From positions 6,386,001-6,450,000 of the forward strand of contig JAWMAR010000063.1 in assembly GCA_036785375.1 (NCBI GenBank): 64,000 bases of DNA, given 5' to 3'. The notes below the pieces were generated by a model. The model had not been told where the DNA came from, made no database searches, and saw nothing but the letters and a program-made list of their open reading frames with translations. Below, in pieces: positions 39,932 to 51,834 of the stretch; the stretch's first letter is position 1, and the number at the start of each line of letters is the position of its first letter. The stretch comes from Leucoraja ocellata (lineage: Eukaryota). The position numbers were made by a program, and so were the translations under genes.

Positions 39932-42415
39932 GAAAAGATGAAGTATGATGGTAAGCTAGCCAAGAATATAAAGGAGGATAGTAAAAGCTTCTTTAGGTAT
40001 GTGAAGAGAAGAAAAAAAAAGACAAATGTGGGTCCCTTGAAGACAGAATCAGGTGAATTTATCGTGGGGAACAACAGTTCTGTCTACACAAACAATCTCC
40101 CAGATGTACTAGGGGACAGAGACCCTAGGGTGATGGAGGAACTGAAGGAAAATTCACATAAGTAAGGAGATGGTGTTGGGTAGACTGATGGGACTGAAGG
40201 CAGATAAATCCCCAGGGCCTGATGGTCTGCATCCCAGGATACTCAAGGAGGTGGCTCTAGAAATCATGGACGCATTGGTGATCATTTTCCAATGTTCTAT
40301 AGATTCAGGATCAGTTCTTGTGCATTGGAGGGGAGCTGATGCTGTCCCACTTTTCAAGAAAGGACAGAGAGAGAAAACTGGGAATTATAGATCAGTTAGC
40401 CTGACATAGGTGGTGGGGAAGATGCTGGAGGCTACTATAACAGATGAAATAGCGGCACATCTGGATAGCAGCAACAGGATAGGTCCGAGTCAGAATGAAT
40501 TTACGAAGGGGAAATTATGCTTGGAATTTTTTGAGGATGTAACAAGTAAAATGGACAAGGGAGAGCCAGTGGATGGAGCTAACTTGAACTTTCAGAAAGC
40601 CTTTGATAAAGTCCCACACAGGAGATTAGTGGGCAAGGAAGTCCAGAGGCGGCACGCACACCCCCATCCACATTAACGGGACGGAGGTGGAACGTGTTTC
40701 TAGCTTCAGGTTCCTGGGAGTCAACATCTCCGATGACCTCTCTTGGACCCACAATACCTCTACTCTGATCAAGAAGGCACATCAGCGTCTCTTCTTCCTG
40801 AGGAGACTGAAGAAGGTCCATCTGTCTCCTCAGATCCTGGTGAACTTCTACCGCTGCACCATCGAGAGCATCCTTACCAACTGCATCACAGTATGGTATG
40901 GCAACTGCTCTGTCTCCGACCGGAAGGCATTGCAGAGGGTGGTGAAAATTGCCCAACGCATCACCGGTTCCACGCTCCCCTCCATTGAGTCTGTCCAAAG
41001 CAAGCGCTGTCTGCGGAGGGCGCTCAGCATCGCCAAGGACTGCTCTCACCCCAACCATGGACTGTTTACCCTCCTACCATCCGGGAGGCGCTACAGGTCT
41101 CTCCGTTGCCGAACCAGCAGGTCGAGGAACAGCTTCTTTCCGGCGGCTGTCACTCTACTCAACAACGTACCTCGGTGACTGCCAATCACCCCCCCCCCCC
41201 CCCCCCCCCTCCGGACACTTATTATTTTTTTATTCAAATCGTTTGCTATGTCGCTCTTCAAGGGAGATGCTAAATTCATTTCGTTGTCTCTGTACTGTAC
41301 ACTGACAATGACAATTAAAATTGAATCTGAATCTGAAAATTAGAGCACATAGTATTGGGAGTAGGGTACTGACATGGATAGAAAATTGGTTGGCAGACAG
41401 GAAGCAATGAGTAGGGATTAACGGGTCACTTTCAGAATGACAGGCAGTGACTAGCGAGGTGCAGCAAGGCTCTGTGCTGGGACCGCAGCTATTTACAATA
41501 TACATTAAGGATTTAGATGAAGGAATTAAAAGTAATATTAGAAAATTTGCAGATGACACAAAGCTGGGTGGCAGTGTGAACTGTGAAGAGGATGCTATGA
41601 AAATGCAGGGTGACTTGGATAGGTTAGGTGGGTGGGCAGATGCAGTATAATGCAGATAAATGTGAGGTTATCCAATTTGGAGACAAGAACGGGAAGGCAG
41701 ATTATTATCTGAATGGTATCATGTTAGGAAAAGGGGAAGTACAATGAGACCTGGGTGTCCTAGTACATCAGTCATTGAAAGTAAGCATACAGGTGCAGCT
41801 GGCAGTGAAGAAGGTTAATGGCATGTTGGCCTTCATAACGAGAGGAGTTGAGTATAGCAGCAAAGAGGTCCTTCTGCAATTGTACAGGGCCCTGGTGAGT
41901 CCACACCTGGAGTATTGTGTGCAGTTTTGGTCTCCTAATTTGAGGAAGGACATTCTTGCTATTGAGGGAATGCTACGTGGGTTCACAAGGTTAATTCCCG
42001 GGATGGTGGGACTGTCATATGATGAAAGAATGGTGCGACTGGGCTTGTATTCACTGGAATTTAGAAGGATGAGAGGATATCTTATAGAAACATATAACAT
42101 TATTAAGGGATTGGACGCTACTTGCAGAAAACATGTTCTCGATGTTTGGGGAGTTCAGAACCAGGGGCCACAGTTTAAGAATACGGGGTCGGCCATTTAG
42201 AACTGAGATGAGGAAAAACTTTGTCACACAGAGTTGTGAATTTGTGGAATTCTCTGCTTCAGAAGGCAGTGGAGGCCGATTCACTGGATGCATTCAAAAG
42301 AGAGTTAAAGCTCTTAGGGCTAGCGGAATCAAGGGGTATGGGGAGAAGGCAGAAACGGGGTACTGATCCATGATCACATTGAATGGCGGTGCTGGCCCGA
42401 AGCCGGAATGGCTGG
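39932..42415 (+). mobile_element. CR1 LINE ORF2 fragment interrupted by a Rex1-like insertion
   Basis: KSPGPDGLHPRILKE, GNYRSVSLT, FQKAFDKVPH, QGSVLGPQLF and KFADDTKLGG. Confidence 0.92.
40638..41336 (+). mobile_element. Rex1/Babar-like LINE 3' fragment nested in CR1
   Basis: ERVSSFRFLGV..KKAHQRLFFLRRL..FYRCTIESILT..LPSGRRYRS; (AATCTG)n tail. The CR1 resumes directly after it. Confidence 0.88.
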
Positions 42416-42459
42416 AACAAGCTGACCTACAACTTTAAGCTGTGCACACCATATGCAAG

Positions 42460-43130
42460 AATAGACCCCACCAGCCATCCAACACATCATACTCCGCCAT
42501 TTCCGTCACCTCCAACACGATCCCACCACTAGTCTTCTCATCTCCACCCTTTTCACCTTCTGCAGAGGCCACACCCTCCACAACTCCTTGGTTCACTCAT
42601 CCCTGCCCACCCAAACAACACCTTTCATGGGTACTTACCTCTGCAACCACAGAAGATGTACCACCTGTCCCTATACCTCCTCACATGCCTCCATCCAGGG
42701 ATCCCAACTGCACACAGATTTACATGCATCTCCTTTAACCTCATCTGGCGTTGCCGATGTGGCCTCTTGTACATCGACGAGACCAAGCTTAGACTTGGCG
42801 TCCGTTGCCAGAGGGATGCCACATGCAAACTGGAGGAGGAGCATCTCATATTCCGTGTGGGTAGCTTACAACACAATGGTTTGAACACCGAATTTTCAAA
42901 TTTTAGCTAATGTCCAGCCCCCCCCCCCCCCCCCACCGAATTTCTTTCCCCATCCATCCATCACCTATGCCCCACCTGTTTCTCCACCCTACATCCCCCC
43001 CCCCCCCCTCCTGCTACTTTCCTCCCTCTGGTTTCACAATCCACCTCTTTTCAAAGCTGTTTTAACACCTTCTGCTCGTATCTGTTTCAACCATCTGCCT
43101 GCTGAGTTACTCCAGCACTTTATGTCCTTT
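42460..43130 (+). mobile_element. Degenerate PLE 3' fragment
   Basis: GTYLCNHRRCTTC, LLYIDETK and KLEEEHLIFRVGSLQ. Confidence 0.75.
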
Positions 43131-43565
43131 TGTGCATTGATAACAGAATAAATAACAGAAAACGTGTCCCTTCACCTTGCTCCTGTCAGCCCGAAGGTAC
43201 AGAAGCTTGAAGGCACGCACAACCAGACACAGGAACAGCTTCTTCGCCTCTCTTTTCAGGTTTCAAAATGGGCCTTCCATAAGTTACAGTATTGTTAGAT
43301 TCACCTCTACCCCATTGAGGACATTGGACTTTATCTATGGAACTGATGCAAATTACGAGAAAACAGTTCTTCAGTGCAATTTCTGAAAACAAAAAGGATT
43401 TAAAAAAGTAAATTGTCCCCAAGTTATTATATAATTGCAGTTGTCGTTCAAGCTATTCGTTTCCACTTGGTTGAATTTATGCACCTCAGTTTAACCGTAA
43501 ATTGATAAAAGGAGGCACCTCCTTTGTGGTGAAATAAAATTACTTTGAAAGTTGCTTCAAATCAT

Positions 43566-43571
43566 TTTATT
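43566..43571 (-). terminator. Candidate distal polyadenylation signal (AATAAA)
   Basis: AATAAA preceded by U-rich sequence (TTTTCTATGTTTCTTTTCC) at the edge of the TE-poor block. Confidence 0.45.
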
Positions 43572-45059
43572 TTTTTAAAAACACTTGTGCAGCAAGGAAA
43601 AGAAACATAGAAAATTATAAATATTGTTAACTTCAGTATATTGGATCAGTGTAAGAAAATAAACTACTCTGCCTCAGTAAATTCTCAAGCATAACATCCA
43701 GCATCAAGGCTACACCTTAGCTGAGCATTTTATTTCAATAGGAATTTCCACAGACATGGCTTGGGAATGAATGGGCTCATTCTCCACTTCACAGGAAGTA
43801 AAGTTAGATGATTGGATTGATGAGTTATGAGCTTACTGAGGATTGGATCATCTCATACACTGTCAACTGATGCTGCCGAGATGAAAATGTTTCAAGCTAC
43901 TTTTAACTTCTGTTTAAAGAAATACCAGATTATCATTCTCTCTCTCTCTTTGCAGCTTTGAACTTTACCCTTATAGGCACAGACTTTTTATTCCAGTTCC
44001 ATAATTCCATCTTTTCAGCAATTAGACAATGAAAGGCACCATTACCAATCCCAATTTTGCTGCTTATACCACTGCATTCTTAGCAAGGGTTGGTTGATCG
44101 TGACCTGAAGCAGGTCCCTAATACAAAGATAATTACACACCCACTTGGAATTGACTAACACAACAAGTATCAAAGGAATTTGAGGTGCAGTAATTTGCTG
44201 AATACATTTAAGCTATTGGGAAAGCCCATTTTCACATAGACATTCTTTACCTGCATTAGATAAGAATAAAGATATGTACTTAATCAACCTTCGTAAACCA
44301 AGTCCTTTCGGATTGTTAGAATTCCACTATTTAAGGCAGCAGGGAGAATTAAATTCATGTAATTTGAAATTAATTTGTGCTTTTCTTGTTATACATCCCT
44401 TATTTGCTGCAAGGAGATATAATGATGCGCTCCCAGGCTTCTGTAAGTACACCAATATATATGTGTGGGATAAACAATAGTAACCCAGCCTGGTTTAATT
44501 TTCCTCTTCCAAAGTGTCCAAGCTAAAGTCAGGCAAACTCCAACTGGCAATGCGTTGCAGTAACACCACATTACAACCTTTCTAGGACTTGTGACATTGT
44601 TTACAACCATGTGAAAATCTTAATAGTTTACAGATTGTATCTAGGCACATTGAACATACTTGAGTAATGTCAATCATGCTCTCTTTTATGAGGAGTTTGA
44701 TGACCCCCTCTGTTGTGCTTTTCTTTAAGGTTAAACCATATACCCCATCAAGTGCATCTTATCCATTACTCTACACTGAAATAATTCATAAGAATTTCCC
44801 AACTCTATGTGCATTGCATGCCAATTACCTGAGAGATGCCACTAACATAAAGCTCTGTTATGGCCAGCTATAAAAGCCAGAAAGGGTTAAATTGAGGCGG
44901 TAATTTGCCTCTTACAGACATCAGATTTAATCTTACGTCGATTCCAATTCACTTTGATGCAATTGTTCAAAATTACCCTAAAATCTTCCATAATGGTGTG
45001 TCCGTCTATCTCTATAATCTGCCCAGCCCTAGGACTCTACAAGATTCGGACTCAAGGAC

Positions 45060-45420
45060 CCTAGAGGACTTGAGGGCCTGAGCTACAGGAAGAGGTTGGA
45101 CAGGCCAGGACTTCATGCCCTGGAGTGTTGGAGACCGACAGTGATCTTAGAGAGGTGTATAAAATCAGGGGAATAGATAGGGTGAACAGAATATTTTATG
45201 CAGTGTACAAAACAAGAACCAGAGGACAAAGGTTGAAGGTGAGAGGGGAAAGAGTTAATAAGAAACTGAGGGACAACCTTTTCCACATAGATGTGTATAT
45301 GGAACAAGCTGCTGGAGGTGGTAGTTGATGCTGATACCATAACAACACTTAAAAGTCATTTAATGGTCGGCATGGACAGGTTGGGCTGGAGGGCCTGTTT
45401 CTGTGCTGTATGGCTCTAAG
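45060..45420 (+). mobile_element. Old CR1 3' remnant
   Basis: DLREVYKIRGIDRV..TRTRGQRLKVRGER. Confidence 0.75.
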
Positions 45421-47458
45421 ATAGCTGCACTCCTTGAATTCTGGGCTTTAGATCATTCACAAATATATTTTCATTTTTTTGTCAAATGCCATTATCTGCA
45501 GGGTCCTAAACTCCCATCTATCCTCATTCTACAAACACTCCTCAAACCTAACATTTGATTAATCTTATGTTCATCTCCCATAACATCTTTGTATGTGGCT
45601 CATTGACATATTTTGTTTGACAATGCTGCTGAAGTGATACTTTGCACTTGGTTGTTCAGATAAAGAATGCAAATGTTCCCATGAAAACAGCTGGCAAAGG
45701 AATCATTGAGAAGACTGTGAATCTTCTATTTGTTTTTCTGAAGTTCAGACAGAGGCAGCTGAGGATGACAGGGTAAAGAATGACTTTATCCAGAAAAGGG
45801 CACATCAGTTAGGGTCTCAGTTGCTACAAAGCAACCATTGCTGCTGCAAGCAAGTTTGGTTATACTGAGATAGAATGGGATGGGAATCATGACCCTGATA
45901 TTTAACACTTCCTTCATTCATAAACATGTAGCATGTGGCACAAGATATCAAACATAAGGGAACATATACAGAACTAATTTCTACAAATCGTCTCCTTAAG
46001 GATGAAAGTTGAACAGGGTGGGGATGAAATCAATAGGTTTCACAAATAAAATTCAGGGTTGTGAAATGCTCTCTCATGGTTTACACTTGATAATTTTAGC
46101 TGTATTACTTTTTTAATGGCAGAAGTATTTACTGTCAATTTGTAGTGCTCTATTAATATGGAACATAGTATTTGTACAGCTTTTAGGCCTAATTTTCAAT
46201 CTTTATGCTCCTGTGCAAATGGTGAATATAAAATTATATCCCAAAATGAATACCAAATCGTAGAGCAAATATTGTGGGAAAACTTGCTTTTTTGGGTTTA
46301 CACATACCTCGATGTATATTGAAGTCTGTAAATATAGCATTGGGATATGTGTTGGAACATTTACTCGATCCTTGCAAGAAAAGGAGGAAAAGTTACCTTT
46401 ACTAAATTTGTACATCTCAATTTATGAATCAAATGGTAAAGCTGCACAAAATCTATTTAGTGGTTTCACAGGATGGTTGGTCCAATAAATTAAAATATAA
46501 TACCTGTAGAGGAGGGGAACTCCTCAAAGAATACAAGTATTTGCACCATCAGGGAACAATATAGAAAGCATTTTTCATACACCTTAATCAGGTGATGCGC
46601 ATTCAACAGGTTTTTATATTGGCAGTAGGTTACAAAACCAATTCTAAAGTTTACCTTCAGTGAAAATTTCTTAGAGCATAATAATATCCTTCTCGCCAGC
46701 AAAAAATGTGTATGTCAATACGAGCAAGATGATTATAAATCCAAATAGCAATTACATACTTCAACATTTGTATTGGTTTGCTTTATAGAAAATGGAATTT
46801 CAATCCTTTGAAGTAAATGACTTAAAAAAGGGATTTAAACTATGCTTCTTATTCATCCATGTGTGCTTTCAATTAATTAGCAGCTTCCAAAGAGAATTAC
46901 TGTGCGAGTTCAGCTGACGTGCAATTCTTCTGCTGAATAGCTAAAGATCATTCAAAAATTTCTTAAAAAGACTCCAGACTCTGCTTTATTCATTCAACTA
47001 TCTGCTAAAACTGAATCTATAAATCTACTTGTTTCATTGCGGCCATATTCAACCCCCATGTATAAAAGGGTCTGTGCAGGAGTGGCTCACAATATCAGTA
47101 AAAGTGAAGAGCAGCCATTGCAACCTTGTACGTTACTTAATGTGATATTTAAAAAAAAAAACTTTACAAGTTTCCATTTGTTCTACCTCAGATTCAAGAC
47201 TTATTAGCGTTTCCATATATTCATAATAACTTTCTAAAGTCCAGACTTTAGAAAGTGACCACATAACATTAAGATCTCTTTCGATTGTGTATATACACAA
47301 TTTTCTGTACTTGCTTGGATGAAACACGAAAGCACAATAAAAATAATGTCAAAAGAACATAAACAGGTTGAAAATGATTGATTAGTTTGTGCCAAGTTAA
47401 GAAAATGTCCATCAGACTTACAAATTCAAATAATTACTAGTCCAGGCACTAAGTTGAA

Positions 47459-47594
47459 TGGTTGTGTAAGAAGGAACTGCAGATGCTGGAAAATCGAAGG
47501 TAGACAAAAATGCTGGAGAAACTCAGCGGGTGAGGCAGCATCTATGGAGCGAAGGAAATGGGCAACGTTTCGGGTCGAGACCCTTCTTCAGACT
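47459..47594 (-). mobile_element. ~135-bp solo PLE terminal element with hammerhead-like motif, inserted in the AGO1 3'UTR
   Basis: Matches the PLE terminus at 6480-6577. Flanked by the 11-bp direct repeat ACTAAGTTGAA (47448-47458 / 47592-47602). Confidence 0.85.
47564..47591 (-). ncRNA. Minimal type I hammerhead ribozyme-like motif
   Basis: CUGAAGA-A-GGGU(CUCG)ACCC-GAAAC-GUU. The core boxes and helix II are intact; helix III is a loopless palindrome and helix I is weak. Confidence 0.6.
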
Positions 47595-47990
47595 AAGTTG
47601 AACAGTTCAGCTTTTGGACCTGTGGAATTTTTTTTAACCCTTGAACAATTCAATTGAAGTAGCTGCTTTCTGAGCATTTGTAATCCTCGTGTCTAAAAAC
47701 TAAAAGGAGTTTGGCAGTGAACATTTGCACTTTACATTAAGTCATCAATATATTGCATAAATACATGTAAAAAATAAAACATAAATGTGAAATGTGTTTT
47801 TTGTCATCTATAATATGCTTGGCCAATCTTTCTCCACCAGTTATTAGTTCTTTGAAAAATGCTCTTGTAAAATACAACTTGATCCCTTCCAACCTCCAAG
47901 ACACATCCTGTAGAAGGTGCTTATATGTTCTTGCATGGCTGCTTATAGTCCAGAAGGCTGGTAAGTTGAAGTGACTGAATATTCAGAGAG

Positions 47991-48099
47991 TTAAGCAAAG
48001 TACATTGTGCGTAAGGTATCCTGGTGAACTTGTACAGCTTTAGCCAGTGCCTGGGGATCCCGTCCATTACTCTGTCCAGAGATATGACTGCCTTCGCCA
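47991..48099 (-). CDS. AGO1: Argonaute-1 terminal coding exon ([36 protein letters not shown])
   Basis: Acceptor tgtttacag|. Encodes the canonical AGO C-terminus TMYFA, with a TAA stop at 47991-47993. Confidence 0.96.
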
Positions 48100-49189
48100 C
48101 TGTAAACAAAATAAGAAAAGTGAACTCAATTCATTTGTCTACTCCAACCACTTCTGCAGAAGATATTAGCAAATATTTTATAACCCAGTTAGTGACCAGC
48201 AGCTGTAACTGGCGACGATGAGGGAAGCTTGTGGCCAGAGTAGTTGACTATTTAATGAACTAATGCAGAAAGAGGCGAGTTGTTTTTGAAAGAGCGAAAA
48301 CAAGTGAGCCATTAGCCATTTCTAATACAGCTAATTTATCAAGTGCCCGCAAGAAAACCTTCCTAAAGATGTTTATCATTACATCTTTAGTTTCCCAACC
48401 TAGTTTTTCCATTACGACATCCTAGGGTATCTCAGTTGCCCTAGATACAGGTAATAACAACATTTTTAACACCATGTCGATCAAACCATTTCTGTCATTT
48501 TCCATGAAACAAGCCCCATGTTGGTTCTCCCGATCCAAAGGGAGCAAACTGAAGAAAAATCTAGTGTGCAATTAATTAGCAGCTCTATCAAATAAAAATT
48601 ACTGTATTCTAGTTAGTGAATAGGGTGGGGGGCGGGGAGAAGAGAAGCGATAAATTTCAGTTTATTTTCTTCACCGGGTGCTCCTTATTCCCCAATTATT
48701 CCTCCAAATTGAAATTATTCCCCAATATCCCTCCAAACTCACTTTGATTATGAGAAGTTCATGGGACTTCCTCAACACCATACCGGCCTTACCCAAAGCA
48801 ATTACATATCTCAGCCAGTTTCCGTCCTTGGCCAGGTCCTTAACCGCCCCATTTGAGATCTACTTTTGTTTTCATTAAATTACTGAGTAACCGTATTTCC
48901 GTCCTGTATGTCAGTTGCCCATGTTAATGGTTACATCTTTGGGGCACCGTAACAAAACCTTTCACATTTACCATTGCAATCACCTGGAAAAAATCCCCTT
49001 AACCCGTCTGTGCTTACAAACCCCTCATTCAACTTCAATGTCCCTGCTTTTCCAAGATTCCAGAAGGTATTCTGGCACTTCCCACCAATCTCTTTCTCCA
49101 CTAGGTCGAAAAATGTTTCAGTGCCCCTTCCTACATAATTTGTCAATTTCAGTACCTTTTTCACCAACTTCCATCAAACCCTGAAATTT

Positions 49190-49810
49190 ATCTGGAGTAC
49201 TTTTGATACTTCTCTTCCTTTTCAGGATCTCTGTCTCAATTTTAGGTACAGACTTGCCACTGACATCTTCTATAAATCCACCTGGATCAGGGACCTAATC
49301 CACCCTTCCAAGTGAGGCAGAGATTCACCTGCAATTCCTCCATCCTGGTCAATTGCATTCAGTGTTCTTCATGTGACCTCTTCTGCATTAGTGAAACCAA
49401 GTGCAGCCTTGGTGATCATTTCATCGGGCGCCCACACTCTGTCCATTGTATTCGTTGCTCATTTCGTAAACAAAATGTCAGGTTGGGTGATGTTGTAGAA
49501 TGCCTCTTTACAGTTTGTAAGCATGACCAAAACCTTCCAGTCACCTGTTCTCTAATTGTTCACTACAGATCTACTGGCTTTCCTCTTTTGCCTTCTACTG
49601 TCATGCTTTCTCGCAATTAATCTCTCCTTTTACCAACACAGCACAGGCATTCACTATGTTTCCTTGTTACTTATTATCCTGTTGCTGTACCTCTATCACC
49701 ATTTGCCATATCCTTAATTTTTCCATGTAATCGTTAATATTGACCCCGAAATAGTAACTCTTTCTATCTGTAGATGTTGCCTGATCTGCTACGCATTTTT
49801 AGCATTTGTT
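49190..49810 (+). mobile_element. Old PLE remnant in the last AGO1 intron
   Basis: RQRFTCNSSILVNCIQCSSCDLFCISETKC. Confidence 0.6.
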
Positions 49811-50031
49811 TTAACTTATGGGGAGAAGGCAGGAGAATGGGGTTAGGAGGGAGAAATAGATCAGCCATGATTGAATGGCGGATTAGACTTAATCGACCAA
49901 ATGGCCTAATTCTGCTCCTATCACGTCAAAAAAAGGCAACATTGTAGGAAAAGGTGTTATTGAGCCTTTGTGTTATGCAAAATATCTATCAATCAGTAAA
50001 TTAACAGCAATTATTCAGACCATTTATCTTA

Positions 50032-50295
<264 letters not shown>

Positions 50296-51732
50296 TTAAC
50301 CTACACAGCCATTGATATCAATCTTAACTCCAAAGTACATTGCATTTATTTGTTTTGCAGTATTTTAAAAAAACATACAAACTCATTGCCACAATCTGGA
50401 AAGGTTTTACTTGCCTGCTGTCATCTCTTCCTGCAAAGTAAATTTAAGTTAGCAACATGAGGCACAGTGATAGAGTTGCTGCCTTAAAGCGCCAGAGATC
50501 TTGCACCCCTCTTCATCCTCCTGTAACTTCAGTCCATTTTGGGTGTCTTGGTTTAATTAAGCAAAAGCAGCCTTTAACGCAGCATGCAACCATGGGAAGA
50601 CCCAACTTGGTATAAAGGAGAAATGAGAAGAGGCAAAACCGTGAAACGTATGTGGAACAAAGAGATGTTGATTTTTATTGCTTTGTGATATTGCAAGAGA
50701 GAAATAACAAGAGGACTACTGTACTTAGGATAAAACATAGGTTCCAAGAAATATAAGTTCCCAGAAAATCAATGTTCTTTGCAATGACTGCCAATACAGC
50801 AGTAGCCCAGTGGAGGCCCAACTTTTCTCCTGTCTGCAAAACCCTTATAATACCAGTGCAGAAGAATATAGATATATCTAGAGCTTACCATCTGAATGCC
50901 AATTTACATCACCCCTCCTGCTGCTGCATAGTAGCATTACAAAACAGAAAATATGTAACCTTACATCCTCAATGTCAACAAATTCAAAAACTTCAAAACT
51001 ATATTTTTTACTTCTCTTTCCCACTCTTTCCTTTATCCATGATTTTCAAACCTTTAAGGAGTCCATCTCAACATAATTATTATTCCAGTATGCTATATAT
51101 ATCTTTAAGCATGATATAGTTCTCTAAAGCCGGATACTGTCCATCATAAATGTCTTAATAATCGGATTGCACAATGCTTCCACCATGCCATGAGCTTCTT
51201 TCTTGGTAATTGATATCAACACTGTAGATGTCCTCTGTAGGTGTCTTGTAAATGATATCATGACAGGGAGGGGGGAGGCAATAAGTGAAAAGCAAGTACA
51301 CCCATGGAAGAAACTTTGACAAATAATTTTTGAGCAGATTGTTCAAAGTGGATGGACACATGCATTTTCGTCCAAAAGTTAGAATGATAAAACCAGTCCT
51401 GTGAACTGGCCCCCTTGTTGACTTGCTTCCTTTGTGTTTCACTTTGTTGATTTACCTTTTTTTAAATGTCCATATATATCTCATATACTGAGGTTGCTTG
51501 TGATTGGTTTTGTAAGTAATGCATCATCAGTAAACCTGTAACTAACCTCAGACATCATTGCTATTAGTTTCCCAGGACCTGAACAGTTGCATTGAAGGAG
51601 CGAACAAAAGTCAAGCTGGTAGTTTAACATGCTTTGCACGCTAAAGTAATTCTCAACACTGCCATGGCAAGTCATGTGTATACATTGTCTGTAATTCTGT
51701 AATGGTTACAAGTACTAAGAAATTGAACTAAC

Positions 51733-51834
51733 CTGAATCCCAGCATGACTGCACAAGTAGAAATCAAACTCAAATGGGTGGGTGATATTAGTATCAACTG
51801 TTGTTCCTGCTGGTATGTTCCCACTTTTACCAAT
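51733..51834 (-). CDS. AGO1: Argonaute-1 exon ([34 protein letters not shown])
   Basis: 102 nt, phase 0/0. Acceptor ttttatag|, donor CAG|gttagt. Confidence 0.96.

Larger units (their letters stand above)
43550..47990 (-). other. AGO1: Probable long AGO1 3'UTR
   Basis: AT-rich, TE-poor stretch after the stop codon. Minus-strand AATAAA at 46985-46990, 43987-43992, 43729-43734 and 43566-43571. The 3' end is inferred, not proven. Confidence 0.55.

Noticed and set aside
47183-47190. let-7 8mer site CTACCTCA / let-7-like 5' end TGAGGTAG
   Set aside because: The site is on the strand opposite the AGO1 mRNA, similarity stops after 8 nt, and no precursor hairpin is evident.
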